DNA from: Psychrobacter sp. HD31
GTDB lineage: Bacteria; Pseudomonadota; Gammaproteobacteria; Pseudomonadales; Moraxellaceae
Reading direction: 5' to 3'
DNA length: 32,000 bases
Assembly: GCF_051097895.1 (NCBI RefSeq)
Contig: NZ_CP142525.1
Coordinates: forward strand, 60,001-92,000
Shown: positions 1-9,065 of the stretch, piece by piece
How the letters are laid out: every line of letters begins with the position of its first letter
Numbering within the stretch: position 1 is the stretch's first letter
Made by a program: the position numbers and the translations under genes
Notes under the pieces: model-generated
The model's input: the letters and a program-made list of their open reading frames with translations, nothing else
Databases searched by the model: none
What the model was told of the DNA's origin: nothing

Positions 1-1
1 T

Positions 2-745
2 GTTTGGGCAGTTGCTAAAGGCTCCTTTATTAATAAGCTAATTTTAGTACCCGCAGCATTGGCATTGAGTTGGGTTTATCCACCGCTCATTACTTTTTTA
101 CTAATGTGTGGTGGTTTATTTTTATGTTACGAAGGTGCAGAAAAAGTATTACACAAATTTTGGCCACATTTGTTAGCACATGATGAAGCGCATGAAGCCC
201 ATAAAAAAGCCAATGCCGATGATAGTGTTGATATGGTTGAATTTGAAAAAAATAAAATTAAGGGTGCGATTCGTACAGACTTTATTTTATCGGCAGAGAT
301 TATTGTTATTGCCTTAGGCTCAGCTGTTGGAGCGAGTTTGTTAACTAAGTCTATTATGCTGGCAATTGTTGCAATTGGTATTACGATAGGGGTATATGGG
401 TTGGTTGCCTTGTTAGTAAAAATGGATGATGCGGGACTGCATCTAACTAAAACCAATAGCAAAGCAAAACAACAAGTGGGTCACTTATTATTGATGGCAG
501 CACCAAAACTGATGAAGTTTTTATCTATTGCAGGTACAGTTGCAATGTTTTTAGTTGGTGGTGGTATTTTAGTGCATGGTTTTAGTTTTTTACATCATGG
601 TGTCAAACATATGGCCGAATTTTCTGGTATTTTTGCTGGCGTCACTGAGTCTGTGTTAAACGGATTAGCTGGGCTAGTTATTGGTGTTGTGGTTGTTGCA
701 ATTATGAGTATTATCGCTCGAGTTAGAGGATACAAGGCGCATTAA
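2..745 (+). CDS. DUF808 (YedI-like) polytopic inner-membrane protein, 5' end cut by the window edge
   Basis: Frame 2 is open from nt 2 (VWAVAKGSFINKLILVPAALALS...), so the TTG at 59 in the ORF track is probably not the true start. It has several hydrophobic helices plus CYEGAEKV and IRTDFILSAEI segments that I recall as typical of DUF808/YedI. A hairpin terminator follows. Confidence 0.7.
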   Translation, partial: VWAVAKGSFINKLILVPAALALSWVYPPLITFLLMCGGLFLCYEGAEKVLHKFWPHLLAHDEAHEAHKKANADDSVDMVEFEKNKIKGAIRTDFILSAEIIVIALGSAVGASLLTKSIMLAIVAIGITIGVYGLVALLVKMDDAGLHLTKTNSKAKQQVGHLLLMAAPKLMKFLSIAGTVAMFLVGGGILVHGFSFLHHGVKHMAEFSGIFAGVTESVLNGLAGLVIGVVVVAIMSIIARVRGYKAH

Positions 746-780
746 TTAAAACTATATGCATTGAACCATCTTATCAAAAT

Positions 781-817
781 AAAAAAAGCCCCTGTGTATG
801 TCACAAGGGCTTTTTTT
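781..817. terminator. bidirectional intrinsic terminator between the convergent DUF808 gene and rne
   Basis: AAAAAAA-GCCCCTGTG-(loop)-CACAAGGGC-TTTTTTT. It is a GC-rich stem flanked by an A-run and a T-run, placed between two convergent stop codons. Confidence 0.8.
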
Positions 818-851
818 ATGTATCACTTTTTTATAAAAGGTGAATCTTTAG

Positions 852-3800
852 TTATTTGTCGGTATCTTTTTTCTTGCGGCTACGAGTTTTTGGAATCGTA
901 GGCGTTGATAAGAATAAAGAGTTACTCACCGTTTTTGTGGATAATTGCTCAGAAACGTTTGCAAGCATATCACGGTATTCATCAAATGAAGTTTTACCAC
1001 GTTCTGGGTCATCAGCCTCATCTTCTGAAGAAACCTGCTCAGGTGATGATACCTCATCCACTTCTTCTTTAGGCAAGATTGTTTCAGAAACTTCTGTATG
1101 CTCGCCATCTTGTTGATGAGCTACTTCTGCCTCGTTAGCAGGTTCATCATCGGATAAAGATGTTTCTTCTTCAGCAAGCAATTGACCAAATGCTGCATCA
1201 AAAGCATCAGGCGTTTGGTTAGCGGTATCTGCAGACTCAGCAGGCTTTGCGTCCTCTTCGGTTACAGCAACATCCAATGTAACTTCTTCAACAGGTTCAG
1301 CAATAATTGGCTCTGGTTCAACATAATCGGGGTGTTGACCGCGTGGGTCGTTTGCCGCACGCTTACCAATGGCAGTTGGTTCAACCGCTGTTTTGCCTTG
1401 CACTGCATTAAACTGAGCAACAGGTTGCGTCATGGCAGTAAAATTAGCCAAATATTCAGGCATTAATGGTTCATATCCATAGTTGCTAAAATCAAAGTCA
1501 GCGAGGTTAGCTTCAGCATTGGTATCAGCTGCTGACACTGCGCTGTTTTGAGTTTTTGCTACTGCCTGGATAAAGCAAGCAATTACCCCATCTTTTGCAA
1601 GATGAGCTTCTGCATCCTCTAATGTCGCACGGATGAACTCACCCACATTTCCCTTAATCGGCTGATTTGCTAGTGGGGCAGTGACAGCTTGTGTTTGTGC
1701 TAAATTAGCTCTCACAACACGAGGGTCATTTTTTGCCTGTGCAAACTTATGGGCAGTGATGTAACGGTCTGCAAAAATATCTGCAAACAGGTAGGCAGCC
1801 GCAGATTCGTTTTTATCAGAGTGGTTGCTTTCAACACTGTCAACTTTGCCAGCTTTTACATTGCTCGCTTCAACACTGGGTTCCTCTGGTGTCGCCAATG
1901 TGCTTGCATTACTTGTGCTATTGGTAACGTCAGAAGTTGCTTTGTGTTCTGGCTTAGTTTTATTTTGCTTAGCTTGTTTGCTTAAGGCAGCTGGTAAGTT
2001 AGTAACAGGTTTACTGTTATCTAAAGACAAATGTACCACCTCTTTGTCTTTTAACTCAGTTACATTTTCTACTGCTTGCTCAACCACTTGCATATTGACT
2101 TCATTTGCATTTTTCTGTGGGTTTTGCGCTGCATTTCGTTTGTTGTGATTACGAGCTTTACTAGATTTATCGTTTCTATTTTTATTTTGACGACGCTCTT
2201 GTTTTTTCTCGCTTGGTTTATCACTGTCTACTTTTTTAGCTGACTCTACCGCAGTTGGGCTGACAGTGTTTTGCGTAGATAATGTTTCACCACGTGGGAA
2301 TTCACCACGTGAGTCACGCTTGCTGTTTGGCTCACGTTTTGCTCTATGAGGTTTATTATTTTCTTTATTATCGGTTGATTGTTCTGCCTCATTTGTTTGG
2401 CGACGCTCTTTTTTACGAGACTTAGTCTTTTCTTTACGATATCTACGTCGTTTTTTGTTTTGTTCTTCTTCGTTTTGGTCATCTTGCTCGTTTTGAACTT
2501 GTGGTTTAGATTGTGCTAAGGCATTGATATCAACCTGACCAAATGAGCCTAAACTTTGAGCACCAGAGTTTACCAAAGCTTCAATTGCTTGGGCTGCATC
2601 ACAACCTGTTAAGTTATCACTTGTTTGAGCTTGTGGTGTTGGTGCAAAAAGGTTAGATAACCAGGCAGCTGCTTGTGGTTTAGGCTCGTTTTTTGGGGCT
2701 TGCTGAGCTTTTGGTGCGGCCGCTTTTTGTTGTTTAACGTTTTGTTTAGTGCCCTTAACGCCTTTACGGGGTTTGCGGGTTGGCTGTTGTTCTGGGCGTT
2801 CAGTATCTGCAGTTTGCCAGTTAACGTCATAGCCCAGTTCACTGGTTTCTTGTTCATGCGTATCACTAATGCGCTCATAGCTAGATGGCGCAAAACCGCC
2901 ACGGTTATAGTGCAAATTAAAGTGTGGTGACTCTAAATGCGCATGCGGCAAAATGGTAATACGAGTGCCACTGTCTTGTTCAAGATAAACCAAACTGTCA
3001 CGTTTTTCATTTAATAAAAAGGCAGCAATATCGGTTGGTACTTCTGCTTGAACTTCGCCTTGGCGTTCTTTTAGGGCAATTTGCTCAATTTGGCGCATGA
3101 TAGACAATGATAGTGAACGTAAATCACGCACCATACCTGTTCCGTGACAACGTGGGCATTTGTAACCTGTTGACTCTTCAAGCGATGGGCGTAAACGCTG
3201 TCGGCTCATTTCCATCAAACCAAAGCGAGATATCTCGCCAAACTGTACTCTTGCACGGTCGTATTTGGTGGCATCAATCAGACGTTTTTCTACGTCTTTT
3301 TGATGTTGTGGTTCATACATATCGATGAAGTCAATGACAACCAAGCCACCCATATCACGTAGGCGAAGTTGACGTGCAATTTCATCGGCAGCTTCAAGGT
3401 TGGTGTGATAAGCGGTTTCGGCAACGTCTGACCCTTTGGTTGATTTTGCCGAGTTGATATCAATTGCAACCATTGCTTCTGTTTGGTCAATCACAATTGA
3501 GCCACCAGAAGGAAGGTTTACTTCTCGTTGGTAGGCAGTTTCAATTTGTTTTTCGATACCAAAGCGGGCAAACATTGGTTCATAATCGGTATATTTACGT
3601 AATTTATCAATTTGTTTTGGCATGACTGCTGAAATAAAGCTGGCGGCTTCATTATAAGCGGCTTCGTTATCCAACCATACTTCGGCTATGTCATCACGTA
3701 AGTAATCACGCACGGCACGAGTAACAACACCTGCCTCTTGATGCACTAGGCGAGGAGAAGGGTAGTTTTTGTCTTGTTCGCCAATGGCGTTCCAAATATG

Positions 3801-4358
3801 TACTAAATGGTTTAAATCGTGCTGTAAGTCTTCTTCAGTTTTGCCAATACCTGCTGTGCGTACAATAACGCTCATGCCTTTTGGCATGTCAAGGTTGCCC
3901 AAAATACGCTTGATGTCTTCACGCATTTTGCCAGAAATTTGACGAGAAATACCACCACCACGAGGGTTGTTTGGCATCAGTACTAAATATCGACCCGCTA
4001 AAGAAACGTACGTTGATAATGCAGCACCTTTATTACCGCGCTCTTCTTTTTCTACTTGTACAATTAATGTGTCGCCTTCTTTAATAAGTTCACGGATGTT
4101 GGTATCACGTGGGTTTCCACCTTTTAGATATTCTTTTGCAATTTCTCGGATAGGTAAAAAGCCTTGGCGCTGAGCACCATATTCGACAAATACGGCTTCT
4201 AAAGAAGGTTCTACACGGGTCACATGTGCTTTATAAATGTTTGATTTTTTTTGTTCACGCGTACGGTTTTCTAAATCGAAGTCGTAGAGGTGGTTGCCTT
4301 TACATAGGGCGACACGAATTTCTTCGTTGTGGGTTGCATTGATAAGTATGCGTTTCAT
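852..4358 (-). CDS. rne: ribonuclease E
   Basis: The N-terminal half matches the RNase E/G catalytic core (MKRILINATHNEEIRVAL, S1 domain, Zn-link CPRCHGTG). The C-terminal ~650 aa is low-complexity and K/R/E/Q/N-rich, like a degradosome scaffold. I place the start at MKRILIN (ATG complement 4356-4358), not the upstream start at 4391 used in the track. The gene is divergent from rluC, as in many gammaproteobacteria. Confidence 0.95.
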   Translation of the reverse strand: MKRILINATHNEEIRVALCKGNHLYDFDLENRTREQKKSNIYKAHVTRVEPSLEAVFVEYGAQRQGFLPIREIAKEYLKGGNPRDTNIRELIKEGDTLIVQVEKEERGNKGAALSTYVSLAGRYLVLMPNNPRGGGISRQISGKMREDIKRILGNLDMPKGMSVIVRTAGIGKTEEDLQHDLNHLVHIWNAIGEQDKNYPSPRLVHQEAGVVTRAVRDYLRDDIAEVWLDNEAAYNEAASFISAVMPKQIDKLRKYTDYEPMFARFGIEKQIETAYQREVNLPSGGSIVIDQTEAMVAIDINSAKSTKGSDVAETAYHTNLEAADEIARQLRLRDMGGLVVIDFIDMYEPQHQKDVEKRLIDATKYDRARVQFGEISRFGLMEMSRQRLRPSLEESTGYKCPRCHGTGMVRDLRSLSLSIMRQIEQIALKERQGEVQAEVPTDIAAFLLNEKRDSLVYLEQDSGTRITILPHAHLESPHFNLHYNRGGFAPSSYERISDTHEQETSELGYDVNWQTADTERPEQQPTRKPRKGVKGTKQNVKQQKAAAPKAQQAPKNEPKPQAAAWLSNLFAPTPQAQTSDNLTGCDAAQAIEALVNSGAQSLGSFGQVDINALAQSKPQVQNEQDDQNEEEQNKKRRRYRKEKTKSRKKERRQTNEAEQSTDNKENNKPHRAKREPNSKRDSRGEFPRGETLSTQNTVSPTAVESAKKVDSDKPSEKKQERRQNKNRNDKSSKARNHNKRNAAQNPQKNANEVNMQVVEQAVENVTELKDKEVVHLSLDNSKPVTNLPAALSKQAKQNKTKPEHKATSDVTNSTSNASTLATPEEPSVEASNVKAGKVDSVESNHSDKNESAAAYLFADIFADRYITAHKFAQAKNDPRVVRANLAQTQAVTAPLANQPIKGNVGEFIRATLEDAEAHLAKDGVIACFIQAVAKTQNSAVSAADTNAEANLADFDFSNYGYEPLMPEYLANFTAMTQPVAQFNAVQGKTAVEPTAIGKRAANDPRGQHPDYVEPEPIIAEPVEEVTLDVAVTEEDAKPAESADTANQTPDAFDAAFGQLLAEEETSLSDDEPANEAEVAHQQDGEHTEVSETILPKEEVDEVSSPEQVSSEDEADDPERGKTSFDEYRDMLANVSEQLSTKTVSNSLFLSTPTIPKTRSRKKKDTDK

Positions 4359-4940
4359 AGTAGTTCCAAATTTTTGGTTATGAAAACGCAAAACCTTTTA
4401 GTGATAAGGCGTTGAGGCGTGTGCTTGCTGAACCATATCTAATTGCTTAAAGCAAGTGAGCTGGTTCATTATTAACATCAGTTTTATTACAGTCTAAACT
4501 GCCTTAAACAAGATAGCAAAAGTGCTATAGGGTTAGGGCATAAATTAATTTACTGTGGTTTGCATCTATTCAAATCATTTTGATGATAAATTTAGCTTTA
4601 AAAATAAGCAAAATAAAAATAACAAATCAAATATGGTTAAACTTATTAAAAATCAGTGCCACTTTCTCACGAGAGTAGAGTATAAGTCTAACATTTAACC
4701 AGTTATATGTTTTGCCTTGTGTAAAATGGTTTAAAGTTAAATTCAAATATAATATCAAATCGATCAATATATACGATAACAAGAGACCTACATACTATGT
4801 TAACAAGCTTATGGCTATATTTAATTAAGTGTATGGGTCTTTATTTTAGTTATACAGCCAACATGACGCGCTTTTTAATTTAAGCGTACAGTACGTTGTA
4901 CAACCATAAAAACTGTTTTATGTTTATGTTTGATAAAAAA
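4359..4940 (-). promoter_or_regulatory. presumed rne promoter and long structured 5' leader
   Basis: About 580 nt upstream of rne has no ORF. E. coli rne has a long autoregulatory 5' UTR. Small hairpins are visible, for example GAACCA...TTGCT-TAA-AGCAA...TGGTTC at 4430-4467. No promoter is mapped, so the extent is a guess. Confidence 0.3.
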
Positions 4941-5016
4941 CAAAAAGGACTGGGGCTTATATAGCGGTTAGTATTTATCAATACTTAAGTTTACTAACCG
5001 ACCAGTCTTTTATTTG
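4941..5016. terminator. long hairpin flanked by A- and T-tracts (terminator-like on both strands)
   Basis: Outer stem GACTGG (4948-4953) pairs with CCAGTC (5002-5007). Inner perfect 9-bp stem CGGTTAGTA (4965-4973) pairs with TACTAACCG (4992-5000). CAAAAAG precedes it and TTTTATTT follows it; on the minus strand it is followed by CCTTTTTGTTTTTT. Confidence 0.4.
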
Positions 5017-5168
5017 GTTTATCAAAACAAACAGAAATAATCACATCATCAATTCCGCTAAAGCATTTTGGCTTATCGTCGGTTTTGCGTTTTAGTTAAG
5101 TTTAAAATATGTTTGCGGTTGTCTTTATTTTATGTAGGTGGCAATAGTTTTAAGCGCAAAAGTTGAGC

Positions 5169-5219
5169 AGGGTTGTAAATCCTATTCTTTTTACTTTGCT
5201 TTTAGGGTTGTAAATCCTA
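5169..5219. repeat. two direct copies of AGGGTTGTAAATCCTA, start to start 35 bp apart
   Basis: The same 16-mer occurs at 5169-5184 and 5204-5219. Each copy can form a short AGG/CCT hairpin. I saw the motif nowhere else in the window. Confidence 0.6.
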
Positions 5220-5350
5220 ATATTTTTATGTGCTACCTAAAATTTATGTGAATCTAAAAAATGTATTCACAGCCCAATAGCAGACAACGTGGTAAACTAT
5301 AGCAAATATTTACTTTTTTAGCTAATAAAATCTAACAAATCTATAAGTCT

Positions 5351-6367
5351 ATGAGAAATTCTCACAAAAAAGGTGCGAATAGCACTTTACAATCCACTGC
5401 ACCAAGGCTTGGATCAAAACAAAATCCGTTTAATGCCGATAATCAAATCGACAACTTTGCGCAAGTCAACCATATTAAAGTGACGCAAAACCAACAAGGG
5501 CAAAGGCTAGATAACTTTTTGCTTGCTAGATTAAAAGGTTTGCCTAAATCGCATCTGTACAAATTAATACGAGCAGATGAGGTGCGTGTTAACAACAAAC
5601 GTTGTAAACCACATGATAAGCTGTTTGAAGGAGACATTATCCGACTTGCACCAGTTAAAATTGCCAGTCGGAAAAAACCAGTTGTCAGTCAAGCGTTTGC
5701 CAACAGCTTGCTTGATAGAATTATTTATGAAGATGAAGGACTGCTCGTGCTAAATAAGCCTTCTGGTATGGCTGTCCATGGCGGTAGTGGAGAAAACTTT
5801 GGTGTGATTGAAGCCATGCGAGCGGCAACGGGTAAAAATTATCTTGAGTTAGTTCATCGTATTGATAAAGATACATCTGGCTTATTGATGATTAGTAAAA
5901 AACGTTCAACGCTTAAAAAGTTACAGCAGCATTTACGAGATAAAACCATTCAAAAATATTACTTTTGTCTAGTAAAAGGGCATGTGGTAATGGATACGCA
6001 ACTGATTGATGCGCCTTTGTTACGGTACAATCTGCCAAGTGGTGAGCGTCGCGTTAAGGTTGATGGTACAAAAGATCAAAGCAAACTGAGTCAAACCGAT
6101 ATTACTGTGCAAAAACGATTTGTATTTAATAAACAAAAGGTTAGCTTAGTGCAGGCGATGCCTAAAACAGGGCGTACGCATCAAATTAGGGTACATATGG
6201 GGCATATCGGACACCCTTTGCTTGGCGATGATAAGTACAATCGACAAGACACATCCGGGGTGCGTCGCCTTTGTTTGCATGCTTACAAATTGCAAATCCC
6301 TGATTATCCAACAATAATAGCACCAATGCCAGCAGATATGGATGAACTGATTTTAAATGGGGCTTGA
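5351..6367 (+). CDS. rluC: 23S rRNA pseudouridine synthase, RluC-type (RluA family)
   Basis: It has an S4-like N-terminal domain (RLDNFLLARLKGLPKSHLYKLIRADEVRVN), the catalytic motif HRIDKDTSGLL, and GRTHQIRVH. It is divergent from rne. The basic N-terminal extension makes the exact start uncertain. Confidence 0.85.
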   Translation: MRNSHKKGANSTLQSTAPRLGSKQNPFNADNQIDNFAQVNHIKVTQNQQGQRLDNFLLARLKGLPKSHLYKLIRADEVRVNNKRCKPHDKLFEGDIIRLAPVKIASRKKPVVSQAFANSLLDRIIYEDEGLLVLNKPSGMAVHGGSGENFGVIEAMRAATGKNYLELVHRIDKDTSGLLMISKKRSTLKKLQQHLRDKTIQKYYFCLVKGHVVMDTQLIDAPLLRYNLPSGERRVKVDGTKDQSKLSQTDITVQKRFVFNKQKVSLVQAMPKTGRTHQIRVHMGHIGHPLLGDDKYNRQDTSGVRRLCLHAYKLQIPDYPTIIAPMPADMDELILNGA

Positions 6368-6388
6368 TGATATTAGCAAGATAACGGT

Positions 6389-6424
6389 AAATAGAGCATA
6401 AAAAGCATAAAGCTCTATTTTTTG
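6389..6424 (+). terminator. intrinsic terminator after rluC
   Basis: ATAGAGC (6391-6397) pairs with GCTCTAT (6412-6418), followed by a T-run. Confidence 0.6.
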
Positions 6425-6599
6425 ATAAAGAGTGGATTACATCAGTGCTGTTTTTTTGTGTGATGATGAGTCAATAAAAGCAATGGTGAATATTGCTTAT
6501 TTGTGTTTTGATAACGAGCAGTATGGGATTTATTTTTGATGATAATATCGCTTTTGAAAAATAAATAATGTTGCGTGTTTTAAAATCAAGGACTGATTT

Positions 6600-7406
6600 A
6601 TGCAAGAAAAAAATAAAAACAATGAGCTTCAACAAATATTACGAATAGATGGACATATTCAAGATATTTATTTGGCGGTTTATGCCAATAAACTTTTGTT
6701 GCTTGATGGATGTTGCCGCCCCGATGTTGAGTTGGTTTTAGCGACGATTCGCAACATTTTAGGGCGAGAAATTAGCCAATTAAAAGCCGTTATTGTAACG
6801 CACATGCATGCTGATCATGCAGGTGGCGCCGCTTATCTAAAAAAGCACACAGGTTGCAAAATTATTTCATCAAATAAACCAACCCAATGGTATGGCGGAT
6901 TAAATGGTCGGGTAGAGTACTTATTGGATTTAAGTTTGTCTTATTTTGTGGCTTATAGACGAGGACGTAAGTTTAAAAACTTAAATTATCCTGCTGAATT
7001 AAAAGCCGATATTTTAGTGAATGATGGCGATGCCGTACCCATGTTTGAAGACTGGCAAATTATTGAAACGCCAGGCCATACCGATAGAGATTTATCGGTT
7101 TATCATGCTAAAACGGGTAAAGTTTATGTCGCAGATTTAATGATAAAGCTAGAAAATAGAAGACGAGGCATTCGTTTTGTTGCGCCTTATAATATTGATG
7201 ACCCTGTAGCATATAAAAAATCAGTTGCTAAAATTAAACAGTATCATCCTTACAAAGTGATGATGGCACACGGCGGTCAAACCTTTGTTGAACAAGCAAC
7301 CTTTGATGACTTAATTAAAATGACCCCAAACAAGCCCCGCACAAACAAAGATGTATATCAGGATGTGGTTTTTAGAATGATGACTACCAGAAAGCCAAAA
7401 AAATAA
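6600..7406 (+). CDS. MBL-fold metallo-hydrolase
   Basis: It carries the HxHxDH metal-binding motif (THMHADHAGG) and a later ETPGHT motif. An AAGGA RBS lies 8-12 nt upstream of the ATG. Confidence 0.75.
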   Translation: MQEKNKNNELQQILRIDGHIQDIYLAVYANKLLLLDGCCRPDVELVLATIRNILGREISQLKAVIVTHMHADHAGGAAYLKKHTGCKIISSNKPTQWYGGLNGRVEYLLDLSLSYFVAYRRGRKFKNLNYPAELKADILVNDGDAVPMFEDWQIIETPGHTDRDLSVYHAKTGKVYVADLMIKLENRRRGIRFVAPYNIDDPVAYKKSVAKIKQYHPYKVMMAHGGQTFVEQATFDDLIKMTPNKPRTNKDVYQDVVFRMMTTRKPKK

Positions 7407-7421
7407 ACAGATAAATATTAT

Positions 7422-8096
7422 ATGAAAACAATGAATACGATGATGCCTGCCTCCTTAGCAGATAAGTCTTTGATTATTTTTGATTGGGATGGCACTTTGC
7501 AAAATACCATTGGGTTAATTGTTGATGCCATGCAGAGTGCAGCAAAGACACAAGGGCTGAGCATAAGCGAGCAAGCCGTTAAAGGGATTATAGGGCTAGA
7601 GATTATGATTGCGATTCAGCAACTGTTTCCTCAGGCAGATGAAGCCACTTGCCTTAAAGTGTTACAAAGCTATGGAGATTATTACATCGACAATGCTGAG
7701 CATTGCAAACTCTATGATGGTGTTGAATCCATGATAAAAGCCTTAAGTAAACAAGGTAGAAAACTGGCGGTAGCAACGGGCAAAAAACGGGTTGGTTTAC
7801 AGCGTTCTTTTAATCATACAAATATACAAGCTTACTTTACTGCCAGTCGATGTGCCGATGAATCTGGCTCAAAACCCAACCCAGCAATGTTAAAAGAAAT
7901 TTTAACGCAAACAAACACCCCATTAAAATCGGCTGTTTTTATTGGCGATAGTATTTATGATATACAAATGGCAAATGAGATAGGCATGGATAGTATTGCC
8001 GTTACCTATGGGTGTGAAAAACCTCAAGTTTTAGCCAGTCAAAACCCAACTTATGTAGTCAACACGGTGGCAGAACTGGCAAATTTTTTGGGCTAA
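7422..8096 (+). CDS. HAD-superfamily hydrolase (phosphoglycolate phosphatase-like)
   Basis: HAD motif I is IFDWDGTL and motif IV is GDSIYD. Several in-frame Met codons near the start make the exact start uncertain. Confidence 0.8.
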   Translation: MKTMNTMMPASLADKSLIIFDWDGTLQNTIGLIVDAMQSAAKTQGLSISEQAVKGIIGLEIMIAIQQLFPQADEATCLKVLQSYGDYYIDNAEHCKLYDGVESMIKALSKQGRKLAVATGKKRVGLQRSFNHTNIQAYFTASRCADESGSKPNPAMLKEILTQTNTPLKSAVFIGDSIYDIQMANEIGMDSIAVTYGCEKPQVLASQNPTYVVNTVAELANFLG

Positions 8097-8174
8097 TTGA
8101 AGATGCCATCTTGAAGGTGGCATTAGTTCAAAAAAGGGGGATATAAAAAAGGCTTAGTAAACAATTAGGCTAGT

Positions 8175-8819
8175 TTAGCCATCAGCAAGTTTTAGCCAGT
8201 TACCCATGACGGTCGTTAGCTCATCAATCCCTTGTTTTTTCAAAGCAGAAAATAGCTGAATCGTACAAGGTAAGTCGAGTTTTTTTAATTCTTTTTGCAT
8301 TTTTAACAAGGCATTTTTTTGTGCACCGTACTTTAGCTTGTCTGCCTTGGTAAGTAAAATATGTACAGGCAGTCCACCATCTTTTGCCCAATGTAGCATT
8401 TGCTCGTCAAAATATTTAAGCGGGTGGCGGATATCAGTTAATAAAACAAGCCCCGTTAAACTTTTACGTTCAACTAAATATTCTTCTAACTCAATTTGCC
8501 ATTTGCGCTTCATTTCTTCAGGAACCGAGGCATAGCCATAACCTGGTAAGTCGACCAACCGTTTATCTTCTGCAATCGTAAAAAAGTTAATCATCTGTGT
8601 ACGCCCAGGTGTTTTTGATGAGCGAGCAAGCTGACGTTGGTTAGTTAGTGCATTAATTGCAGAAGATTTACCCGCGTTAGAGCGCCCAGCAAAAGCAATT
8701 TCTAATCCAGTGTCGTCTGGACAAAGCTTAAAAGTGGGGGCAGAAAGCAAAAATTCGGTTTGTTGAATGACTTTTTGGTATTGCGTTTTTAACGAGTCAT
8801 TTGAGTTGCTGTTGTTCAT
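8175..8819 (-). CDS. engB: ribosome-biogenesis GTPase YihA/EngB
   Basis: G1 is [10 protein letters not shown]3 is DLPGYG and G4 is TKADK. Size is typical for the family. Confidence 0.9.
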   Translation of the reverse strand: MNNSNSNDSLKTQYQKVIQQTEFLLSAPTFKLCPDDTGLEIAFAGRSNAGKSSAINALTNQRQLARSSKTPGRTQMINFFTIAEDKRLVDLPGYGYASVPEEMKRKWQIELEEYLVERKSLTGLVLLTDIRHPLKYFDEQMLHWAKDGGLPVHILLTKADKLKYGAQKNALLKMQKELKKLDLPCTIQLFSALKKQGIDELTTVMGNWLKLADG

Positions 8820-9065
8820 TGCGCTGTGCTTATTGGTTAGACTTAAAAGATACTGATAATGGGCTGTATCATAACATTTTTATTTGCTTTACTGTTAAAA
8901 AATCATTGCGTTGCTTGCGGTGATAATTTGTCATTATGTTATAATTAGAGGATAGTTTACCTCGCTGTTTGTTGCTGATAACTTAGCTTTATTTTTAAAC
9001 AAACCAATAAAAGGTAAACATATTCACTTAATATTACACCGTAACTTTTTAAATTGGATAGGGAT

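Noticed and set aside
856-4173. Many 60-110-aa ORFs on both strands inside rne (e.g. 856-1116, 1182-1466, 1825-2148, 2246-2482, 2609-2902, 3107-3328).
   Set aside because: All are nested in or antisense to the 1168-aa RNase E frame, which has clear catalytic motifs. They arise from the biased composition of the rne 3' half.
5169-5219. GGGTTGTAAATCC resembling a tRNA T-arm (GGTTCGAATCC).
   Set aside because: Only a 3-4-bp stem is possible, the loop is 9 nt, and there is no acceptor, D or anticodon arm nearby. It is not a tRNA or tRNA fragment.
6600-8096. The MBL-fold hydrolase plus HAD hydrolase pair downstream of rluC as a possible novel two-enzyme system.
   Set aside because: Both belong to very common housekeeping-type families with canonical motifs. 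rluC-HAD linkage is already widespread, and nothing in the sequence suggests an unusual function.
8853-8871. GATACTGATAATGGGCTGT as a possible Fur box upstream of engB and the membrane protein gene, and a similar TGATGATAATATC at ~6536-6552.
   Set aside because: Only about half of the 19-bp Fur consensus matches (roughly 11/19). Such half-sites are common in AT-rich DNA.
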